In this document: positions 10,770-25,456 of the stretch, piece after piece | Numbering within the stretch: position 1 is the stretch's first letter | Layout: every line of letters starts with the position of its first letter | Origin: Octopus vulgaris | Lineage: Eukaryota | Assembly (NCBI GenBank): GCA_951406725.2 | Contig: OX597817.1 | Location: 76,446,001 to 76,510,000, forward strand | Direction: 5' to 3' | DNA length: 64,000 nucleotides | Made by a program: the position numbers and the translations under genes | Notes under the pieces: generated by a model | Seen by the model: only the letters and a program-made list of their open reading frames with translations | Database searches by the model: none | Told to the model about the DNA's origin: nothing

Positions 10770-11560
10770 ATCATTTAGCTAAATACAAGACGCCATATTT
10801 CTAGAAAACAGGACACAAATGTGTGTTGTAGTAGCATTAATCTCTCTTTTAACTTTACTAGCGATATACATTAAGGTCGAGGTTTCAATATAAAACAGAA
10901 ATCAATTTGATGGAATCATGTTTTCATAACTGAATCATTCTCTTAAATGAGTTAAAATAATAAAAAATTAAAGAAAACCAATAATAGCTTAAATTTCTTT
11001 AAAATGAACTTCTATTTTTTAATATTCATCTGACTCCCCTACGAGCCTAAATTTCCGCATGGTCTAAGCAAAATCCCGGATGTCTTTATAATGGCAACGG
11101 CATATTTTGAGTTTTAAACTTCTGACAACAAACCATTCGTTAAAGACAAGATGGATACACAGCTTCCTTCGGTCGAGCACATTCGTGACGTGAATTTCGT
11201 ACAAGCTGGCAATTTACTGGAAATATCTAGTAGCAACATGAACAACAAAAATAGTAACATTATAAACTACCAGCAGCAGCAGTGGCACCTACACTAACAT
11301 CATAACAACCAAAGTACCAGCAACAACTACAACATGAACCACAACAATAATTGAAAGAAGAGAAAATAACATCAATAGTGCAAGTAGTTATGGTCTTCAG
11401 TGACCATCAAATGGTTTCCTAGTTAAAATAAATCTCTCAAGCTCAGATCTAACCACTAAAAGAGTTTAAGGTCAGTTTAAGGTTCATACAACACCTTATG
11501 ATATTTGATAATATTGCAAGTACAACCAACATCGTTCTGTCTCCTTCTCTTTCCCTTTCC

Positions 11561-11596
<36 letters not shown>

Positions 11597-11674
11597 TATA
11601 TATATATATATATGTGTATTCATGCATACATATCTATGTACAAACAAACACATAAATACACACACATATAAAGC

Positions 11675-11757
<83 letters not shown>

Positions 11758-12950
11758 TACGTACAAATATGTGTTTATATATGTACACACACATACGCGC
11801 ATATATATGTTCATGCAATATATATATATATAATACATTTATGCTTATGAAATATAAATAAGCAAATATACGTTTGTATAAATATATCTTACACATAAAT
11901 ACACGTAGACGGCCGCATACATACATAATAATACATAAATACTTACATATACACACACACATATATTTGTATATACGTACATACATACATATGTATATAT
12001 ATATATATATATATACTCATATATATGTTTGTATGTATATATTTATGCAAACATATATGCATACACAAACATACACATGCACACACATATACCCGTGTAT
12101 ATAAACCTGCGAATTTGAAAAACACTTTCATCTCTTTGTAATGAAAATGTCGATATTGTAGTTTGGAAATCGGTGCAGGGAACTATATTACGAGGGACTA
12201 AGGTCAAAGGTTTTATAGAACGTTTATGTCAGCAGACAAGAGATAGCAAACCAGCCGACTGTTGCGGCCGACATGCTACAATAGACACGACCCGCAATGT
12301 AAATGAACGCATATACACCTATACAACCCCGGTCGCATAGAACTATAAGCACGTAGATATGCATATATACACATATAGACATACATAAAGATCTAAGATA
12401 AAATAAATACACACCTGCTTATGGGTGTGTTTCTATGAGAACGCACATGTATATGTATATGAAGGCACACATACATACATACTTATATAAAGCTTGTGCA
12501 TACTTATAAATGTATATTCATGTATGTGAATGCTTTATATGTGTAAGTGCTTGTATACATGTACATATAAATAACCATATACTTGCAGATACATGTATAT
12601 GTATATGCATATATATATATATATATTTATTTATATATATGTATACATATAGGTATACGTATATATACAGGGAGAAAGAGAGAGAGAGAGGGGGAAGGGT
12701 GGAGAAACAGACGTACGTGCTCTTACACAAATAAGTATATATGTTTGTATAGAGAACCAGATACAGCTTATTTGCGTATACGTATGTATTCATAACGTGT
12801 GTAATTACTTAGACATAGGCATACACCATTATGTTTATAAAGACTGTACATTTCCGGAATAAATGTGTACTGAGTCTGACTGAATCTGATAATTTTTACT
12901 AATAAATAAGCAGTCTGTGTGGGAATATATATATGTATGTGTAAGTATAC

Positions 12951-13053
<103 letters not shown>

Positions 13054-13162
13054 CACACACACACACGCGCGCAGGAAAGAAATTTATTGTATTCCACACG
13101 GGTAGAAATATAGTAAGAAGTTGAAAATGCACTGGGAGTCTTTTAGAATATTTATTTTTAAA

Positions 13163-13204
13163 AGCTTAACCAGTTTCACAGTTTGTTTCTGATTTTCAAA
13201 AGTT
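13163..13204 (-). ncRNA. Decayed hammerhead-like motif
   Basis: aactt-ttgaaaa-t-cag-aaacaaa-ctg-t-GAAA-ctgg-TT-aagct, followed by AATAAA. The core has two substitutions relative to CTGAAGA. Confidence 0.4.
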
Positions 13205-13350
13205 AAATGAGATAGAAAGACGTGGGACTCTACCACAAGTACTGTCTTCCTTCTAACTGGAGTTTGAAAATTCCCTCGCTTTCATGGAGAGAACATGGCT
13301 CAAATTAGCATCTGTTTATGTTGCAATTTGATACAAAGAGGATCATTCCC

Positions 13351-14090
13351 TTATTTTGTTAATGTAATTTCTACAGATATTCTATAGAAAGGATGGCTAG
13401 CACTAAATTTTGTTACAACGTTTCGTATCGAAACGTCAGATGTAAACAAACAACGAGATCGAAGTAACGAGATCAGGTAATGAACTTATATGCCATATTT
13501 CGGGAATTTTGCCCATTCACCAGCACCCACGTAACCCGTTTTCGCCCCCGTATACATTAGTTATACAGCTACCGCATATAGCGCGGTGTTATGTTATTGA
13601 ATATATCAATTTACATATTAAACGCATTCCTGGAAGCTGGTACATAAATATTAATGGTTCGTAGGTACATGGTATTTCGTTATGCAAACATAATATGCTA
13701 TAAAGTATATTAAATGTTTTATAATTCAATACTACGTTCTATTGTGTTAGCAGGGCTTTTTACATTATTTTGTTAAGATTATGTCTACAGATATTCGATA
13801 GAAATTATAACCAGCATTGACTTTTGCTACAACGTTTCGTATCAAGATGTTAGATGTAAATAAACAATTAGATGGAAGACAAAAATGAGTATTGAGCGTA
13901 TATGCCATATTTCGGGAATGTTTGCTCCTTCATCAGCACCCATCTAACTCGTCGTCGCCTACGAACACATTGCTTATATAACCACTGCATACAGCTGTGT
14001 TAAGTTATTGGACATACCAATTTACATTCTAATATACTTTATTGTATATTATGCTTGCATAACGAAATATCACGTTCCTACAAATCATTA
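13351..14090. repeat. Old diverged tandem duplication, period ~414 bp
   Basis: ttattttgttaa..ctacagatattc..acaacgtttcgtatc..tatgccatatttcgggaat..cagcaccca present at ~13351 and ~13765. Confidence 0.85.
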
Positions 14091-14247
14091 AGATCCATTT
14101 ATTAGCCTCAGAAGTATTTGTAAATTCCTCGTTTTGTCCGTGCGTTAATGTCATGTGACAGTATTTTTTGTTCCGAATGTTAAAGCTGATTGCAGTTGAG
14201 TGAACGTGTCTAGTGACGGTCCCAAGCAACCAAGTTCTGTATATTTA

Positions 14248-15143
14248 TGAAGTGGTGTCAAAAAGTTCCCGGCCTAGTTATGCTTAATAAAAAATAACTT
14301 ATTTACCTAAGTTTTTGGTAAATAGTCACCTTGCACGGCAATACATCGGTACCACCGTTCTTGCCACCTTTGGAATCGGGCCTGGAAGTCGTTTTCCGTA
14401 AGCGAGTCAAGGACCTGCGATTCGCTCTGGATCTCGACAACGGTGTTAAAACGCCGACTTTTGAGGTGCATTTCCATCTTGGAGAAGACATGGAAGGCTG
14501 CAGGTGCTAAATCGGTGAATAGGGAACGTGCGAAAGTAATCCCATGTTGTATTTGCCGAGAAATTCATGAGTGAGGAGAGCTCGGTGACAGAGTTCAATG
14601 TCGTCGTGAAGAATCCAATTTGTCGCGCTCCACAGATCAGGTCGCTTTCGCTGAATCTCCTTCAAACGTTTTGAAACGTCGTAGTAGACCCTTCAATTGA
14701 TGGTCTGGCCCTAGGGCACGAATTCTCGATGCACAATACCACATTTCTGTAGGTGATGTTCTCAGCAGGTCTTCTAGATAGGTCATCGTCTTCCAGGGAG
14801 GTTTATCCGCTTTTCAACACCTGGGTTACTCGAAACATTGCGAATGACCCATTGCCTCATCGCCAAAGTTTGCTGAAGCATGCTCAATATCTCTACAGCA
14901 GACTTCCCATGTTTAATGCAAAAATATACCTTGGCTCTTAGCTCATGTCCATGATAAAATCGCAGACTATAGCATACACGTGATGAAAAATACACAAATT
15001 TCACAATGTGCAAAGTAAACACAATTTCAATCGGCACACTGCTTCATGAAGGTCCCTAGTAGCTCTCACTGCACACGTAATTGTGTGCCGCCAACTGTTG
15101 CCGCGCTACAGAACTAGTCTGGGAATTTTTTGATACCTCATTG
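14248..15143 (-). mobile_element. Decayed, internally deleted mariner element
   Basis: TIRs tgaagtggtgtcaaaaagttcccggcctagtt / aactagtctgggaattttttgatacctcattg, both flanked by TA. Peptides ELRAKVYFCIKHGKSAVEILSML, a frameshifted PYS-PDLAP, and FQRWQERWYRCIAVQGDY. Confidence 0.9.
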
Positions 15144-16269
15144 TAGTCTTTCAAGTGGTAGAGTAGACAGGAATTGCTTGTCTGTAGTCATTATATCATT
15201 TTAGATCTTTATTGTCCGTGGGTTAGTGTTTATGTGGCTTTTTAATATTATTTCTTCGTGGTTTGTATTTTTGTGTAAATATATTTCTTTTGTTTATTTA
15301 TGTTTGAATTGTGGTCTTTTTTGAATAAAGCTACAACGAGAAGTCTTGGAAATTTGGGAACTTATTTGTCGTGAGGTCTAGGCAGCAAAAGTAAACCAAA
15401 AGTTAGAGTTGTCATGTTCCCTTGCATGTGATTATTGAGAGTCAAAATATCGAGGTTGTGTGAATTTCGTATGTCCATTAGCTGAATGGATATGATTTGT
15501 ACGTATATACGTAAGCATAAAAAATTGTTCTCCATTAAATTTGTTAGCGTAGTGCGAGAAAAAGAATCATGATTATACCCAAAGTTAAGGTTGTTTGTGT
15601 AAATCCAACATGCCAAGTGGCAAAATGTATATACTCACATATTTATACACGAATATATGTTCGTGTGCGTGCATATAAAATATATTCATGTAAAGTAATG
15701 TTTAAAATGTTTGAGTACATTCAGACATGAGAAGACTTTCTGTTGCGGAAATAGACACGGGAGAAAATTCGTCTTTCACAGATATATATGAAAACACATT
15801 GAACTATGAATGACACCGAGGGAACATAAGGCGCATGCTTTTGTGCGTTTTTCATGACTATTTATATACGCCTACATATATACTTTGTAATCACACACGC
15901 GTATATTTCACAGACATACTTCAACTTCACACACATATATTTCACACACACACATATATATTATTTCTAATATTAATAAGTATGTTGTACTAAACTTACA
16001 GTCCTTATGAAACAGCAGAAACATGATATATGTAACTCATGCCAGGAGCCTCATCTTCACATAAATCTCTTCCTGTAATTTTTCTTCTCCCTATTAGTAG
16101 TGTAGACTGTTCTAAATACATACATAGCTACGTACATAAATACATACATATATGCGTGTATGCATAAATACATGCTTACATACATACATCATGATGTATG
16201 TGTGTATGTCTTTGTTTTGTGTGTATGTATATATATGTGTGTGAGTGTATGAGTGTGTGTGTATGTGTA

Positions 16270-16535
16270 TGCATCCATACATGCATCTTCAACACTCCTG
16301 CCGAAGACAGCACATGAGGTTTCTGCAATTTCTTGCTGAAGAGCTTGCATAGATAATTTATTCACAGTGATCAAATGTGCATAAGCTCGTTCCATCCATC
16401 AACTCGACTGGACAGGTGCACGGTGTACAACATGCCACATGTTGAAGTGATCGCAGGTCAACTTGAAATGAAGTGTTTTCCTCAAAAATACAAACGACTG
16501 TGTCCGGTCTCGCGATCGTGAGTGAAACACTGTAA
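16270..16535 (-). mobile_element. Decayed SINE; body also copied at 21165-21382
   Basis: caacttgaaatgaagtgttttcctcaa central domain shared with other SINEs in the window; tail runs into simple repeat. Confidence 0.6.
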
Positions 16536-18059
16536 TATAGCGTTGCAATTACTCCTTGTAATAAATACATGGTGATTCTACAAGGCATTGTTGTACTTAG
16601 ATGATCAATGTAACAGTTGGAGTCATGATGTTAACTTCCAACAATTTTTACGATCAATGTTATAAATCACATTCTTTATTTGTAATGTGGTCTCGGTTTT
16701 ACAGATGTATGGTTTGTTACTGATGAACATGATTTTGCTTTCAGAATTTTGTTGTGTTTTATTATGGTTAGTTTGTTGTTTTGTATGATGCATTTTGTGT
16801 TCTGTTTTATGAGATTTTTCATATTTCCAGCTGTTCTATAGTTACTATGCATTTAATTCATATAATATATTTTGTGTATTTCTTATGTCTGCTGCCATTT
16901 TTGCATTGTATTTGCGCCTTCATTATTCTGTGGATCGCTGGATATTTGTAGAATTTAATTAATTGCTTGACTTTTCACGAGATCTAAGAATTTAGTTTGA
17001 AATCTATGCAAAATTGACCGGTTAATTGCGTATGCAAATAAAGTCTATTGTGCCATTTTTATCGATTTCGAATAAAATGAAATTGACAAAATTTAACATA
17101 ATATTGAACATTTATTTAATTTAATGTGAAAATTAGTGATTCCCGTGTCAGGCGAGTCAAATGTATTCAAGTTATTCTCAACAATTTAGTGAATTAAAGG
17201 TTAAAATATTACTTTATATAATTGAAATATTTTTCTTTCTTTCTTTTTTTTTTGAAGAAATAAATCTTCATTGTGGATGATATAAAAACATGATTTTGAA
17301 TAATGCAATGAATAGACGCCATTTTTTGTTTTGTTTTCAGTATCAAGTCCGTGATCAACACTATTAAATTTGTCTTAACCATAGTTGCTATCATTAAATA
17401 AATTAAAGAATATGAAATCATTGTCAGAATCTATTAATACGGCTTATATTGAGTGAATTAAGGATATCAAAATAAACTGCAAAAAAACCTCATAGGAGAC
17501 CAAACTACTGTTATGCCCGTAGATATCATTAAAATATGACTTTGAGTGATTGGAGGATAAGTAAGCTAGATGTATCATTTTGTGCTGTTATGATTAAGGA
17601 AAAAATGGATTCAGCTTTTGGCACAAGAACAGCCATTTTGAGGGAACGATGCAAGTCGATTTCATCGACCTCAGTACTTGACTGTTTTCTTTGTTTTATA
17701 GATTACGGAGGGATGAAAGTCGACCGCAGCAGAATTTGAACTCAGAACGTTATGAGCCGAAAAAAATACCGTTAAACATTTTGTTTCCGACGTGCTAACG
17801 CTCCTGCTGGCTCGTTGTCAAATGATAATGGGATAATGAGTAAAATAACAACACAGCTGCTGTTGTTGAAACATGAAACCGCTTGATTTGAGGGCATTTT
17901 AGTCAACTTAATTCATACATACACCTTTTGTCTTCTACGTGTTTCAGTCATTAGACTGTGGACGTGTTGGGGCAAAAACATGTAGGCAATAGGTGTACAT
18001 ACGTACGTGTGTGTATGTATGCGTGTTTGTGTTGCCCATATATATATATATATACATAT

Positions 18060-18186
18060 ATAAACCAAGTTCAACGTATTTCACCCAAATTTGACGTCGA
18101 TGTTACTTAGTTTGGTTTGAAATAAAGAACTTGATTAGCATTATAATCCTAAATTAATCCCGGGCAAAGCCGGGTTATACTGCTAG
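18060..18186 (+). mobile_element. Helitron-like 3' end fragment
   Basis: cccgg-gcaaag-ccggg hairpin, 8 nt, then CTAG-T; same terminus type as 2817. Confidence 0.6.
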
Positions 18187-18419
18187 TAGATATATAAGCT
18201 TGGACTAAGTAGAACGTAAGTAAACTTTATGTACACAGTTATTGTCTTGTAGAGTAGTGAGCTTGATACTCTTGAGCTAGTAATAAATTTACGTGTCACA
18301 TTCTGCGCCTTAAAAGGCCTAATGTGTTGATGTTCAAATCATGTTCAGTCACATAATCATAAATATAATAAACGCGAAGATGGCGTTTTAGTTATAGAAC
18401 TTCCAGAGTTTCATGAAGT

Positions 18420-18655
18420 GACAAAATATAATATTACCAGCGATCGAGAAGCATAAACAACGTTGATGTTTGTTGGGAAGACACTTCCGATGACATATAA
18501 TAGCAGCGAGATCAACTGGATGGGCAGAAGAATATTTACCATATAACTGAGGGAATTTGACAGAGACATAATCCGAAAGAAGAGAATAAAACTGTATTGT
18601 TTATTGACAATTTTACTGTTTATCCAGCTGCTGTAAATCTTAAACAGTCCAAATA
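18420..18655 (+). pseudogene. Tigger/pogo transposase DDE-domain remnant
   Basis: IEKHKQR*CL..KTLPMTYNSSEINWMGRRIFTI*LREFD..KTVLFIDNFTVYP resembles the pogo IGK..PRCF..LP..Y..N..AWM..F..WL..FD..LL.DN..AHP pattern. Confidence 0.6.
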
Positions 18656-20333
18656 TATTCTTACTAGCATTATGAAACAGTGTTCTGGTCAGAAAATACT
18701 TCTATATATCAATTACATCAATGTAAATATATTAATTGATATTATATTAAAGTTAATTCAGAAGTAATAGCAAATGATTTTACCGAGAATATCACATTAT
18801 TCAATCTAATTAAAAAATCACAGAATAGTCTTAACCGTTTGCCTGTCCAAATCATTTTCATAATTTTGGTAGCGCTTGTTTCCAGATTTTTAGTTAGCCA
18901 TTGTTTCATACGCTCTGAGAGAAAAAGAATAAGCTTTCTTTTCTTTTCGTGGCTGAAAAAATAAATGGGAATCATATAGAAGTCATGGGTGTCAAGATAT
19001 ATATCTTATGTATCATATATGATACACAGAACAGGTAAAATTTTCAGGCTTTTACAAACATTTTAGCGCTACAAAAGAAGAGAAAGACGTGATGCCCCTT
19101 CTGGCCATGATGACAGAACATGAAGATAATATAACCCAAAATGACGATCTGGAGTGTTGCAACAAACCAGTGAATGAAAAACATCTGGTTCACTTTATGA
19201 ATGATTATACCAAATCAACAGATTATAATATTTTTCTTCTATTGGCACAAAGTCTGGAAACTGTGGTGAAGGACGAAGCTAGTTAATGACATCGACGCCA
19301 GTGCTCGATTGTTACTTATTTTATCTATCCCTGAAGGATGAAAGGTAAAGTCAGAACGTAAAGCCGAAAGAAGTATTTGTCCGGCAAGCTATTCAACCAA
19401 CTCGCCAACTTAAATAATTTTTCTACTATAGACACAGGGTCTGAAATTTGGTGGGTAGTGGGCTAGTCGAGTGCATTGACCTCAGTGCTCATCTGATATT
19501 TATTTTAACGACACCGAAAGGACGAAAGGCGAAGTCAACCTCGTTGGAATGTGTACTCAGAACATAAAGACGGGACAAAATACTGCTAAGCATTTTTCCC
19601 GGTGTACTAACGATACTGCCCGCTCACAGACTTCAACAGGCAATAATAATGGAAACGAAGAGGACGTCGGTAAAGATACGATGATACATATCTCAACAAG
19701 TGTTAGGTTCGGTCTTTCAACGATGAAAATAATCTGAGACCATTTTAACGGTATTCTACGCTGCAGGAGACTTGTGCAAATCGACAATAGATACAATACG
19801 GAACTAGACTCCATAATGATATTTAAAATATTTCATACTTGTGTAAATAACAAATTTATGAATTTAATTTATTCTTTTATTTGGTGTTATAAAGGAATCA
19901 GATTAAAGCAGTGAAACTTCATCAAACGAGAGCAAAATTCTACTCCGAGACAAACCTAAGACATAATTATTTTATTAGAATCTTATTTAGGTATCTTGTA
20001 ACTCAATTAAATGTATCATTTGAAGACATTCGTTGATATTTTTCAATATATGAAACAAATAAATATTATCATATTCCATTACTTCAAGCAGACATTTATT
20101 CACATATTTTGCATAAATTCAAAATACCAAGGTAATAAAGGTAACTCATTGTTTATAAGATATATCATATACAGGCGCAGATGTGGCTGTGTGGTAAGAA
20201 GCTTGATTTCCAACCACATAGTTTTGTGTTCAACCTCACTGTGTGGCCCCTTGGGCAAGTGAGCTCTGCTGTAGCCCCGGGACCACCACTACTACTACTA
20301 CTACTAATAATAATAATAATAATAACAGTAATA

Positions 20334-23300
20334 TTCTTTTTTACTAAAACGGTTATGCCGAGAAACATGACTACCCAAAAAAAAAACATATAAAGGCGAT
20401 TTTCGATCTATCAGCCTACGACATCATAAATATATCTATTCGAAGAACGAGGAAGCGGTGTCAGGTCAAAAAGTCAACTCTCAACAAACAGACTCGTCTT
20501 CTATTGCCACTGTCAATACCTTAATGACAAACCAAAATTCATGCCGGTTCGGCAATCACCCGGGACAACAAGGACCGCGTTACCTACTGGGGAAATAGAC
20601 TGGGATCGAAAAGTCTGCTCGGTAACCAGATCCAGGAGAACCCTAACACTAGACCTGTGGTGACGCCACCAAAAACATTACCAAAACAAAACGCATAAAA
20701 TGGGCTAGAGAGGATTATAGAGATGTGCTGAAAGCTTTCTATACAGCCCAACTAAACCCAAACAATGACGTCATAATGCAAACTTACATTTCATGGAGAA
20801 ACTTAGTAGGCAATGAAGTTCACAGATATACAGATGCAAATAAACTAAGTAATGTACGTAGAGACATCATTAAAAATAAAAGGTTAATTGACACTGAAAT
20901 TAGCCTAATTAGGACACAAATATCTTATCGTAGACCAAATGAAAACAGCAACAATGTAGCTAAAATAGGTAACAGGTGCACAGAACCCAGTGTACGAGCA
21001 GTACATCCCAACGAGGAAGCCGAAGAAAGAATAGCGAAGGACAGATATGCAGGAAAAGAGGAGAAAGTAGACCTACTTCAAGAACACCAGAATAGTTAAG
21101 ACACAGAATTTGAATTGAATAATAAAGAGTAGTTCATAGAATAAGGAAAAAGAGAGAACTCTGAACATGCATCTTCAACACTCCTGCCGAAGACAGCACA
21201 TGAGTTTTCTGCAATTTCTTGCTGAATAGCTTGCATAGATAATTTGTTCATAGTGATCAAATGTTTGTACAGTACATAAGCTCGTTCCCTCCATCAAATC
21301 GACTGAACACGCGTACGGTGTGCAACATGCCACATGTCGAAGCGATCATAGGTCAACTATTTCTTCAAAAATACAAACGACTAAGAATAAGAATAAGAAA
21401 AAAGAGAGAACTCTGCAAGATTGTGTCTACTGACATCATGAATAGAGAACCACTGGTAAAGTTATCAACCAGCATAAATAAAACAACATAATCATGATAT
21501 ATAATGTTGCTCTTAGACAGATCTTAGGTAATAGGGGAAATGACCTAACAGCCTTGAATAGCATCATCTATTCCACTGTTCAAGTAGGTATCAGGTCAAC
21601 ACAGAAAAAGACCAGCCATGTCAATAGACCTCCTAAGTGGAAAGTAGCAATACAAAAAGAGATTGAATCTCTGCGGGCGGATGTATCAGTTCTCGATGAA
21701 CTTGCTAGAGGAGTAAATGTTCAGACGAAACGAGGTAGAAATATCAAGCAAAAATATAAAATCAGGGAACACTTGAAACAACGAATACAACTGAAAGCCC
21801 AACGGCTTAGAAGGTATGACAAACGAATCAAATTTTATCGACAAAATAAGATAGTCAAGTCGGATGCAAAGAAATTATATAGGGAAATTGGCAAAAGTAA
21901 GACAGAAGTAAAGGAGCCACCTAAGACTGGGGAAACGGAAGAGTTCTGGAAGAAGATATGGAGCAACAAAAAAGAATATAATGCTAAAGCTGACTGGATA
22001 GAGCATAATAAAGTGAAACTAGATGAAGTTGAAGAGCAGAAATGGGAGACAATAGAAATAGAAGAGCTAAGATGTGTTTATAGGAAGTTTCACAAATTGA
22101 AAACCTCAGGACTGGACCGAATTCGTAACATCTGGCTAAATTGTCTCACAGAAATACACCAAAATTTCGCTGCATCTCTGACTGATGTCATCCAGAACTT
22201 AAAGCAAATACCTGCCTGGTTGACCGAAGGAACAACATATTTCTACCAAAAACTCACCAAAGAACTACCGACCAATAACATGTCTCAACACCACCTAGAA
22301 GATCCTCACATCCATATTAACTGACAAAATATACACTTTCCTTGGACAGAGATCTCTCTTTCCACCAGCTCGAAAAGGTTGCAAAGTGAATTCTTATGAG
22401 TGCAAAGATAAGTAAAATGACTGTGAAGAATTGCTGGAGCAAATACAAGAACCTGAGTATGGCATAGATAGACTACAGGAAAGCGTTTGATAGTGTCCCA
22501 CATAATTGGATACTCAAGGTCCCTGAGATATATAAGATCTCTCCTGTAATTTCCAAATTCCTACAATGTAGCATGGCCAAGAGGAACACACGTCTCCTTC
22601 TAAACAATAGTAATGGGATGAGCCAAACAAATAACATCAACATCAAACGAGGCATCTTTCAATGTGACTCATCTCCATTTGCAAGGTACATATCTCACTC
22701 TCAAACGAACTAAATAACAGCGGCTATGGATTCAAAGTTTACAATACGACAATAATCCATATGGACGATCAGAAGATGTTTGCTAGAAATGACAAAAAGC
22801 TAGTGGGGCTGCGAATAACTGTTAAAGAATTCAGTAATGACATCGGAATGGATTTTGACCTTGATAAGTGTGCTAAAGCAACTTTTGTAAGAGTCAAGCT
22901 CAAGCAAACAGCTTCCATTATATTAGATAGCGACACTACCATCAAGGAACTTGACTCACAAGAAAATTACAAATACCAGGGGATAAACGAAGGAGATGGT
23001 ATACAACATGTTACTATGAAGGAAAAACTAAGAAAAGAATATTACAGGAGAATAAGACTCATACTAAAAATCGAATCGAAGCTATTAACACCCTAGTACT
23101 TCCAGTAGTCCAATACAGTTTTAACATAGTTAACTGGAATCTTACAGAGCTCCAACGCCTGGACAGGAGGACATGAAAACTACTAGCTTCTAGAACATGC
23201 ACCTCCCAAAAGCAGATGTTAATCGTCTGTACCTACCTAAAAGTAATGGAGGAAGAGGAATGATGCAGGTAGAACTGTGCTATAAGACCTTCTCAATAGC

Positions 23301-23659
23301 AATGAGCAGATACTTATCAAGTACAGAGGACAGGACGCTGCGATATGCGTGCAAAAACAGAAGCAGCAAAAAATCACATTCTATTGTCATGGAAGCTTGC
23401 AGATTCGCAAGGGAAATTGGCATTAATCCTGAAATATTTGAAGAACCTGAAACCACTGCCACAAAACAAGCAAAATGGATCAAACACACTGCTTAAAGGA
23501 ACGAGCGGAAACAAATTGACGATCGGTGGAGCCAGAAGCCTCTATCTGGACAGCATATACTTCAAAATCGAAATGCTGATGTAGATCAAGCAACAACGCA
23601 TCAGTGGCTGAGAAGTTTAGGACTGAAAGTTGATACTGAAAGTTTCATATTGGTGGCAC
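20334..23659 (+). mobile_element. Decayed R4/Dong-clade non-LTR retrotransposon (N-terminal region, RT, thumb; no 3' end)
   Basis: Starts after an (ACT)(AAT)n tract. Peptides ANKLSNVRRDIIKNKRL, PPKWKVAIQKEI, QRLRRYDKR..YRQNK, IDYRKAFDSVPH, KRGIFQCDS, MDD, IGMDFDLDKC, YKYQGI, HLPKADVNRLYLPKSNGGRG. Many frameshifts. Confidence 0.9.
21165..21382 (-). mobile_element. Headless SINE fragment inserted in the LINE with a 26-bp flanking duplication
   Basis: Matches 16279-16499. Flanked by agaataagRaaaaagagagaactctg at 21138-21163 and 21390-21415. Confidence 0.85.
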
Positions 23660-24911
23660 TCTTAAAATCTTTTAAAATCAAAGCTCAACTCAAGGAACCT
23701 TGTGACTGTCATCAGCATATGGACTGTTGCTGTAGTCCGCTATAGTGCACCCATCGTGAAATGGTCACAAGCGGAGATCAGCCAACTCGATCGCAGTACC
23801 CGAAAGACAATAACAATACATGGTGCCCTCCACCCTAAAGCTAATATACACAGGGTTCTACATGAAGAGATGTGAAGGTGGAAGTGGGCTGATTAGCATA
23901 CGTGAGTGCATCAACGGTGAAAAAAGAAACATGGCAGAATATTTGGTAAACAGCAAAGAAGACCTGCTACAGTATGCTGCTAGTGAAGAAGGAGTTAACA
24001 AAAATGGACTTGAGGGTGCTCATAAATTCCGATCAAGAACAGCCAACGAGAGAGAAGAAATCCTACTCCGTATGAAATCACATGGTCAGTTCCACCGTGA
24101 AACCAACAAATTAAAAGACCAAGAAGCATCATGGAGGTGGCTCAATAAGGATGACATAAAAAATAATATTGAAAGCGTAATCGTCGCTGCCCAGGACAAG
24201 GCATTGAATACCATCGCAGTGAAACAGAATATATACCGCACGAGTGCATCGGACCTCTGCAGAATGAGTGGGAAGAGGGTCGAAAACGTGAGTCATATTG
24301 TTAGTGCTTAGAAAAGTCTTGCGCAGAAAGAGTAGAAGCGTAGACACGACATAGTAGCCCAAAACCTCCACTGGCTACTATGCCGTAAGTATGGATATAA
24401 GGTTACAGGTGCTTGATACAGGAAAAGGTAATGGACGAAAAGGGGATGGCAAAACTCCTCTGGGACTTTGATTTCCAGACAGACAAGGTGTTAGAGCACC
24501 GAATGCCGCATATAGCAACCTTTAAGAGGGACAAACAAGAGTGCCTAATCATTGACGTAGCAGTGCCAGGAGATCAATGTATCGTCATGAAAGAAAGAGA
24601 AAATGTTGATAAATATGGAGACTTGAGGATTGAGATCGCTAAGATGTGACGGCTACGAGAGTCGAACATAAAGCTTAGCCTATTGTCATCGGAGTATTGA
24701 GTTCAATACCACCCAATCTGGAAAAAACATCTGAAGACCTTAGAGATTCTCTACAATCTTGATGTATTGCAAAAGTCGGCATTACTTGGAAGTGCACTCA
24801 TATTGCGTAAAGTAGTGCCTGTCTGAGGTCTTGACAAACAGTGCAAACCCCCGGTAAACACAATATCTTCAATCAACAACCTCACGATATTGCATACTCT
24901 GCGACGTCTAT
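23660..24911 (+). mobile_element. Second R4/Dong-family element: thumb, decayed zinc knuckle, restriction-like endonuclease, 3' UTR
   Basis: LKSKLNSRNL..VRYSA..LDRSTRK..HGALHPKA..EGGSGL; CRMSGKRVENVSHIVS..RHD; LLWDFDFQTD..HRMPHI..CLIIDVAVPGD..KYGDL; LQKSALLGSALILRKV; (AAC)(AAT)n tail. Confidence 0.9.
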
Positions 24912-24941
24912 AACAACAACAACAACAACAACAATAACATC

Positions 24942-25438
<497 letters not shown>

Positions 25439-25456
25439 GTAATAATAATAATAATA

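Noticed and set aside
20334-24911. A single intact, active LINE
   Set aside because: Many stops, frameshifts and deletions, an internal insertion and a duplicated thumb region show two decayed elements.
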